Positions 57,085 through 64,000 of a stretch of 64,000 bases of DNA are shown one piece after another (position 1 is the stretch's first letter; every line of letters starts with the position of its first letter). The position numbers and the translations under genes are program-made. The notes beneath the pieces are model-generated. The model saw only the letters and a program-made list of their open reading frames with translations. It ran no database searches and was not told the origin of the DNA. Origin of the DNA: Macrostomum lignano (Eukaryota); contig NIVC01000911.1 of NCBI GenBank assembly GCA_002269645.1, positions 62,001-126,000 on the forward strand. Direction: 5' to 3'.

Positions 57085-58044
57085 AACTTTTCTACTTGAT
57101 TTACCAAAAAACGTGAACACAAATGTGAAGAGAATTAACAAATTTTAAATTTGTTGACTTGACAGCATTACGGCCAAGTAGCTATTATCAATATATGAGT
57201 ATGATTTCTTTTCTTGTTTGTTATTTTCAACACTTGTAACTTACGAGCTCAATATACATGTATGCAAATATAAATTCACAATCACAATCACGCCTGACTT
57301 TGAAAAATTCACGCATGACCAAAATCTTCTACTTGTCCGACCTCTACTGATATCTATCGCGAAACCAAATTTAAAGAGACGGACTTAGATAGGAAATTCA
57401 GTTCTACTTCTACCGTGTTACATGAACATCTAATTCTAGTACTACTGACTATAGCAAATGAGTGACATATGTATATATATAGTGCAATTATGATAATTTT
57501 ACCGTACGTACGTAGTCCATGTGACCCATGCAGTTGCAATTTAGCATTTTGAAAAAACCTGTTATTACACTTAAACAATAATTACCAAACTATTTCCGTA
57601 ACTTTAGGTTTATTGTCTTACAGGTCCCTAGGTTTAGTAAATTTACTTATTCAACTTTTTTTAAACATATATTGCTGCAAAAATAGACAATCGTAGAAAA
57701 AAAGAATAACGTGATAGATTTTGCTCTTTGCCTTTTAATTTTCTTTCTTTTTAGTTTTTAGTTTCTTTATTTAACGGGTTGCATGCTTTGGTTTCTTGAT
57801 TTGTAATATTTATTTTAGATTTGAATTTTAGAAGTGCATTCAGAAATATTCGGAAAAAAAATTTCTGAATCCAAAACATTTGGATTCCTATAAAAGTAAG
57901 ACTTTTTTTCGGATTCGGATTCCGAATCCGAATAATATTCGGATCCATCACTAGCCACAACCTGGTTGCAGCCACATTGCGCTGACCTGAAATAAAAAAA
58001 ATGCATGACAAAAATCTAGAAAATGTCAATTTTTTCATTAGGGG

Positions 58045-58205
58045 GCACATATACTGTAAAAAATATGTGGCTAAAAAAGTGGCCAAAAAGTGGCCAAACG
58101 CAAGTAGCCTAAAAGTGGCCAAGAGTGAATTTGGCAACATTTCTGGCCACTTTTTGGCTACTTTTTTGGCCACATATTTTGCCAGCCACATATTTCTTGT
58201 GTTTG
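58045..58205. repeat. Small foldback (MITE-like) built of AAAAAGTGGCC / GGCCACTTTTT modules
   Basis: AAATATGTGGC at the left and GCCACATATTT at the right, with inverted internal modules. Confidence 0.55.
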
Positions 58206-58679
58206 TGTTATTTTCGGCTCTTTTATAATAAATTTCTCTCTGTAAATGTGGAATCCTTAAATAAAACCCCTCATTGCAGTTATTGTACTGCATTTATAGA
58301 TTAAAGAAGTAATTAAGCAGTATATAAGCATATTATATATGACCAAAAAAATTTCATAATTCATTTCGTTGATTGAATAGTGGAATAATTATCTTAGTTA
58401 TCCAGCACTTTAATTGTATTTTTTTATTAAAGAGACAAAAAAACAGAACATAGAGCAATTGTGAGAAATTGTGAATAAATGTGAGCAATGGTAAGCAACT
58501 GAGCAAATGTGAGCAACTGAGCAACTGTTTGGGTAGCTGAGTAGAGGAGACTTTGGTGGCTGGTCATGGGAGATTTGGGTGGCTGGGAAATTTCTGAGAA
58601 GCACAATTGGAGGATGAGACACTTTGTCAAGTTCATTGTCGATCACAAAAAACTACTGGGCAAAACTTGCACTGTCGAC

Positions 58680-59008
58680 TTGACTGACTGATTGGTGGCT
58701 TGCTTAGGATTCCAGAGCTTCAAAAAAATCTCAACCGTCTCCAGCAGGTTTTCTATGCTGCTGTCATGCTTTAAATTTAATGCCAGAAATGCTAGAATGT
58801 ACAAAAGAATCGTCTCCAAAGCAGATTCTGTCTTGATATTAGTCGTGGACACCTGCATGCCACTTCAACGACCATAGAAACTTGAAACGTCACCATTGCC
58901 ACAATGCTAATGTGGCGATTTGAGTCAAAAAAGGCATCAAGGTTGCGCACTTTGGCCTTGATGGCCAGAAGCATAAAACCATTTTTAACGGAAACTTCAG
59001 GATTGTCT
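58680..59008 (-). pseudogene. 3' part of an exon-like ORF split by the LINE
   Basis: Continues in frame from 63337-63414 across the TSD: ...QQSDNPEVSVKNGFMLLAIKAKV...; then a frameshift or 41-nt intron leads into VSTTNIKTESALETILLYILAFLALNLK. Product unidentified. Confidence 0.45.
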
Positions 59009-59122
59009 TGACTTACTTGACTTAGCTGCAGGGGGCGTCCGGCGGATGCAGCGGGGAGGCGGAGGAGACCGCCCATTCCGCTAGCCCCTGGCGACCAACG
59101 ACTTCCGTTGAAGTGGTGTCGC

Positions 59123-60067
59123 TCAGGGGGACCCGTCGGTCTCGCCTGTAGCGCGGTCCTCCTCACCGACGGTGGGGAAGAAATCAGCTCGTCCGGTGTC
59201 CCTGAGGTACCGGGCGAGCAGCGGGATGCTCTCGGGCCTGCAAACGTCGGAGAGAACCGGGTTTGGCCCAAGGTGAGTAAGCCTGGCCCTGGTGAAAACC
59301 GGGCAGTGGCAGATAAAATGCTCGGCGTTTTCACTGCCTGAGCGGCAGAAGGGGCACTGCTCCTCGGGTACTTGGCCCTGAAGGAAGCGGTGGCGAGAGA
59401 AGCAGCCATGCCCGGAGAGGGCCATGCTAACTGCTCTGAGGTCTCTGCGGTTGAGCCTGAGGAGGGCTCTACGCAGGAGAGGAGAGGGACAGGGGACGGC
59501 AGCACGGGATTGCCTACAATTCCGGGTGTCGTGCCACCTGCGGAGATGCTCAGAGTCAGCCCAGCGCTTAACGCGGGAATTGATCACCGAGGCGGGGATG
59601 GGGGCACCCGGGCCCGGCCCCAATAGCGCGCCGGCGGAGCCAGCCTTGGCCAGCAGGTCAGCGCGCTCGTTGCCGAGGAAGCCGGCGTGCCCCGGGATCC
59701 ATCTAAGCTCCACCTGGTTGCCTAGCGCAAGCCCGTTGAGCTGGGTGTTGCAGTCCAGGACGGACCTGGAGCTGGCTGTGCTGCGGCAGAGGGCCCAAAG
59801 GGCTGCTTGGCTGTCAGAGTGAAAAATAAATTTCCAGCCGCAAAGCTGCCTTTGGCGCAGCTCTGCCGCGCAGGAGCTGATGGCAAGCACCTCGCTCTGA
59901 AAAACACTGGAGTTGAGCCCAGTGTGCTGGGAGTAGTTCCACACCACTTCTCCCTTGAAGAAGACGCAAGCTCCGAAGCCTGAAAGACCATGCCTCATAG
60001 AGCCATCAGTGTAACAGTGGACTTCAGAGTCGCTTCAGCTGTTACTCGCCTCGTGTCGAGGCTGAAT
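59123..60067 (-). pseudogene. LINE ORF2 RNase H domain and C-terminal CCHC knuckle
   Basis: HCYTDGS...SVFQSEVLAI...FHSDSQAAL...WIPGHAGFLGNERADLLAKAG; CPFCRSGSENAEHFICHC. Confidence 0.9.
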
Positions 60068-60982
60068 CCCTATTGGAATAAGTTTTCAGACACTGTGGAC
60101 AGTGCATCTAGTGCGCCATGGCAATCATAAAGTGGCCTGGATGGTGCGTCATGACAATCTTCAAATCCTAAGGTGGTATGGACGATGTGTCATTCAAATC
60201 TTCAAATCCTAGGGTGCCATAGCACTCTAGGTTTAGGTGATATTGTGCATGACTCCAGTCTCTATCATGTTCATTCTGATGATGCACCACTCGTTTTTGA
60301 GAGATTTAAAGAGATTGAGAGAAAATTGTCTTTGCCTTATCCACACACTTTTTCAGTAGTAGTTGTAGCACTTTGGCTCGGGTCGGGTTATCAAATCTGA
60401 TAACTATTTAGCATGGTGTTTCGAAGAATATTTTCACATTTAAATGTCAGCATAAATAAATGTACGCGCAACCAATCAAAAAGATAATTAAACAAAGCAG
60501 AAAATTTGTTGAGACTTTTAATAGAATTTAGTTTACTTTTTTATTTCTTGCAACTGCGTTATAAGAGAACATTAAGAGCAATTAGCATTTGGCACTATGT
60601 TATAATGTTTATGAGGCAATAAAGAACATTTCTGCTACGATCTTTCAACTACAATTTCCAATTTTACGATTAACTTGCATGCATATTCTAGATGACACAG
60701 CAATCAATACATATGATAGGAGATATGCTATACTATAGCCCATAGCAATATTATCAAAGTTATAGAAATTAGAAAAACAAGTTTTACTTACAGTTTGCTG
60801 AATTTCCACCGTGCTGCTGACTTTCTCCTGTGCATGCTTCTCATCCTTGTTCAGCAGCGCTGTATGTAGCGCGTGATGTCCTCCTTGCATCTTACCTGTG
60901 AGCTGCTGTGCGCCATGACTATGAGGAAAAAGAAAAAGTGCGCCGGACGCCGTCCGCGAAAATACCACTTATTCCAATAGGG
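60068..60982. mobile_element. Non-autonomous TIR element of unclear superfamily inserted in the LINE
   Basis: Perfect 16-bp TIR CCCTATTGGAATAAGT; 8-bp TSD GGCTGAAT at 60060-60067 and 60983-60990; removing it restores the LINE frame (VTIQP|RHE). Confidence 0.9.
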
Positions 60983-63336
60983 GGCTGAATGGTGACCTTA
61001 TACCTTTGGCTCAGGAGAAGGGTGGCTGGGATCGAGTCCGTGAGGATGTTGAGCCCGCCACACTCCTCGAGAGCCTTGAGGCAGAGGTCAGAGTGCGGGA
61101 TAAGCGACCGCTTCTTAAAGGCCCGCACTTTCTTGAAGGCCACCCCAGCATCCAGAAGACGCCGGGTGCTCTTCGCCGCCTCTCCTTTGATATAAATATC
61201 CAAAGGAGGGGCACAGAGGAAGGCATTCATGCCTTCAAAGGGAGTAGAGGGTGGAGCGCCCATAGTCATGCAGCAGGCTCTGCCCTGGATTTTGTAGAGA
61301 GCGTCGAGGTTGCTCTTGACGCTCAGGCCGCTAGCCCACACGAGGCTGGCATAACTGATCGAGGGGCGGATGATGGCAGTGTAAATCCACCACAGCTTCC
61401 TTGGGGTGAGCCCCCAGGTGGTGCCCACGGCGCGCCTGATCTGAGCCAGTACAGCCAGGGCTTTTTTGGCTTTAGTTTGAATGTGCGGAGTCCAGTTAAG
61501 CCTGTGGTCCAGAGTGAGGCCCAGGCAGCGGACCTGCTTCTCCATGGAAATATTCTTTCCATAGAGGGTGAGGGGCTTAATGGTCCAGAGCAGTTTGTTG
61601 GTAAACATGACTGCTGTGGTTTTCGACTCTGAGAGTCTAAGGCCACATTGGTCTGCCCAATGCTCCGCTCGTCCTAGAAAGCCCTGCAGAAGGTCTCTGA
61701 TGGTATCAACCGAGGGGCCCGCGCATATCGCGGTCACATCATCGGCATAGCCCACCTTGAGAATGGGGTCGTGGAGATCACTGCAAAGCAACTCATCCAT
61801 GACCATGTTCCAGAGAACGGGGGTGAGAATGCCGCCCTGGGGGCCCCCTTTCAGGACAGGCACCGAAAGAGAGCTGCCGCTCAGGTGGGCCACAACAGTG
61901 CGGTTTTAGATCATGAACATGATCCACCGGACAAGGTGAGGGTGCGTGGCCCTGGATTCCAGGGCTCTGCAAAAGGCCTCGAAGATGACGTTGTCGAAGG
62001 CCCCCTCAATGTCCAGGAAAAGCGAGAGGGCAAAGCCGCTGCCAAGAACGGCCCTCTCCAGGAAGTCAACAATGACATGGAGGGCACTCTCGGTTGACCT
62101 GCCCGCGCGAAAGGCGTGCTGGTTCTGCGAGAGTGGGAAGCGCTTCAGCTCGACCGAAAATAGACGCCAAAGCACCAGTCTCTCGAGGAGCTTGAGGCAG
62201 AAAGAAGTGAGGCTGATAGGCCTGAAGGCCTTCACCGATTGGTAGTCGCTCTTTCCAGGCTTGGGGATAAAGACCACCCGGGCCTCTCTCCACGCAACTG
62301 GTACATAGCCCAGTTCCACACAAGCTCGGAGGAGACGACAGAGCAGGTCCAGGAAGCGGTAGTTTTTCACCACCTCGTGCAAGAACGCTGGGTAGATGCC
62401 GTCGGGCCCAGGCGCCTTGAATGGGTTAAAGGACCTTGCCGCTCTAATAATGCGGTCTTTGGTGATCATAGACTTTGCTAGGCCTTGCCCTCCCACTGTG
62501 TGGTCGGGCGGGCCCTGCTGAGTCGGAGATTTAGGGAAAAAACTGTGTAGCATGAGCTCTAGAGTCTCTTCCGAGCTCTCTGTGACCGAGCCGTCAGGTC
62601 TCTTCACAACAGAGAGTTTAGAAAAACGGTCATTAGTGAGTGCCTTAACCACGCGGGCTACGGGGCGAGAGCCCTCAAGCCCTTCGCAATATTGGCGCCA
62701 CTTGGCCGTCTTGGCCCTTCTGACTTGGCCCTTAAACTTGTGGATCGCACGGGTATAGGCCTCTCTGTCAGATGGGTCTTTGGTTTTGAGCGCTCGCCTT
62801 TGGAGGGTCCTGGCTTGGCGCCGAAGGGCCCCGAGCTCTGGGTTCCACCAGGGAGCAGATTTCTTGCCTTTATAGGCCTTTAGGGGGCAGGCTGCTTCAA
62901 AGGCAGTGGTAATCGCCCCGCCCAGGGAGGAGGCAAGATCGTCCACCACCTGGCAGTCAGAGAGGTCACTGGGGGGGGGGGTCAAGATCCCGAAGGCCGC
63001 GGCTCAGCTTCGAGCCAAAGGCGGCCCAATCGGTGTTCCTGACGTTCTGACTCCAAGTGACCTTAGGCTTTTGCTTGGTCGGCCCAATGCAAAAGCAGAT
63101 AAAGCGGTGGTCCGAGAGCGAGTCCTCGTCCCACACTCGCCAGCCCGTAACTGCGGAAAGCAGTCCGGGTGAGGCGATGGTGGTGTCGATGACTTCGGCC
63201 CACCGCCCATTATTGAACGTTGGTGCATTGCCCACGTTACAGAAATTGAGGTTAGTGCTGCTGACATAGGCCAGCAGCTCCTCGCCTCTGCTATTGATGT
63301 TCTTGCTGCCCCAATGCAGGTGGTGTGCGTTCACAC
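60983..63336 (-). pseudogene. LINE ORF2: C-terminal part of the APE endonuclease and the reverse transcriptase
   Basis: NAHHLHWGS...NSRGEELL...SDHRFI (APE); KAPGPDG, FRPISL, QHAFRAGRST, LDIEGAFD, GGPQGGILTPVLW, YADD (RT). Confidence 0.92.
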
Positions 63337-63414
63337 CAGGATTGTCTGACTGTTGGAGAAACGGCTTGGCACAAGACAACCTGGACAGAAGCGAAGCGCT
63401 TCCATTTATCCACT
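63337..63414 (-). pseudogene. 5' part of an exon-like ORF split by the LINE
   Basis: Branch-point-like CTGAT and acceptor cttacacag|TGG ATA AAT; WINGSASLLSRLSCAKPFLQQSDNP is not LINE-like. Confidence 0.45.
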
Positions 63415-63837
63415 GTGTAAGATCGCGCAATCAGTCCAGGTGTGGGTTGAGGGTTATATTTTATTGGGTTTCAAGGTTAACAGAATAACAGGGGATTTTT
63501 TAGATTTCAAGGTTTATGGGGGCCATCGCTGACATGTTAAGGCTTACGGGGGGAATAGCTGAGATGTCAAGGCTCACAGGGGTATAAATGAGATTTCAAG
63601 GCTAAAGTCAGAAGCTACATGTAGTTTATTGAAAAAAATTTATTACATTATTTGATGCCTCCTCAGGGGAAGGATCGCTGATAAAAAAGCGTAATGTAAA
63701 AAATAAAAGAAGCTTCATGTCGAAGTTAAGAGATTCATTTGGGAATCCGTACGATGTCAAGGCTTGCAGGGAATCGCTATAATGCTGTAGTAGTGCTATA
63801 ATGACTCTTAAAGAGAATTATTACTGAAATTTCAATG

Positions 63838-63895
63838 CTTTAGGGTTAGGTTAGGGTTAGGGTTAGGCTTAGGCTAGGGTTAGGGTTAGAAGGTT
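63838..63895 (+). repeat. Short interstitial telomere-like (TTAGGG)n tract, degenerate
   Basis: TTAGGGTTAGGTTAGGGTTAGGGTTAGGCTTAGGCTAGGGTTAGGGTTAG. Confidence 0.7.
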
Positions 63896-64000
63896 GACAG
63901 ATATTTTTAGATTTCCAAGGCTTATTGGGGGCATTGCTGAGATGTCAAGGGGGGGAGTTGATATGTTAAAGCTTGTGGGGGGGGGGGAATTACTGACATG

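Larger units (their letters stand above)
53757..57953. mobile_element. hAT-type non-autonomous element expanded to 4.2 kb by internal cargo
   Basis: TIR TAGTGATGGA; perfect 8-bp TSD GCCACAAC at 53749-53756 and 57954-57961; subterminal CCGAAT repeats at both ends; no transposase. Confidence 0.85.
59009..63336 (-). mobile_element. 5'-truncated non-LTR retrotransposon (APE-RT-RNase H-CCHC; LOA/R1/I-group-like)
   Basis: 11-bp TSD CAGGATTGTCT at 58998-59008 and 63337-63347; short TAAGTCAAG-type 3' tail; ORF2 broken by a G-run frameshift (~62975), TAA at 61906-61908, a TGA near 60035 and a 915-bp insertion. Confidence 0.93.

Overview
Eukaryotic (animal) genomic DNA with spliced genes and very repeat-rich introns. 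The mix of GC-rich exons, (GACA)n/(GATA)n microsatellites, intronic minisatellites and TTAGGG resembles a flatworm such as Macrostomum (inference only). Three minus-strand genes can be assembled by hand with phase-consistent GT-AG junctions: an ARHGAP45/ARHGAP29/GMIP-family F-BAR+RhoGAP gene (ATG 31390, ~23-kb first intron, runs off the left edge, one junction unresolved), NUDCD1 (32769-37000) and an FBXL2/FBXL20-type F-box/LRR gene with a C-terminal CaaX (40762-44805). There is also a plus-strand first exon of SGTA (52276-52390). The first RhoGAP intron holds a ~7.5-kb higher-order satellite inside a block bounded by an inverted repeat. The AT-rich right third is a nest of transposons, most defined by TIR plus TSD: mariner remnants, two hAT-like elements (one carrying an exon-like ORF, one carrying a 28S rRNA fragment), a Merlin-like 95-bp MITE and a GG-ended element with a 4-bp TSD. 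It also holds a 5'-truncated APE-RT-RNase H LINE (11-bp TSD) that splits an exon-like ORF and is itself split by an unclassified CCC-TIR element with an 8-bp TSD. Most long ORFs in the supplied track are microsatellite artefacts. No CRISPR array or tRNA gene was recognised.
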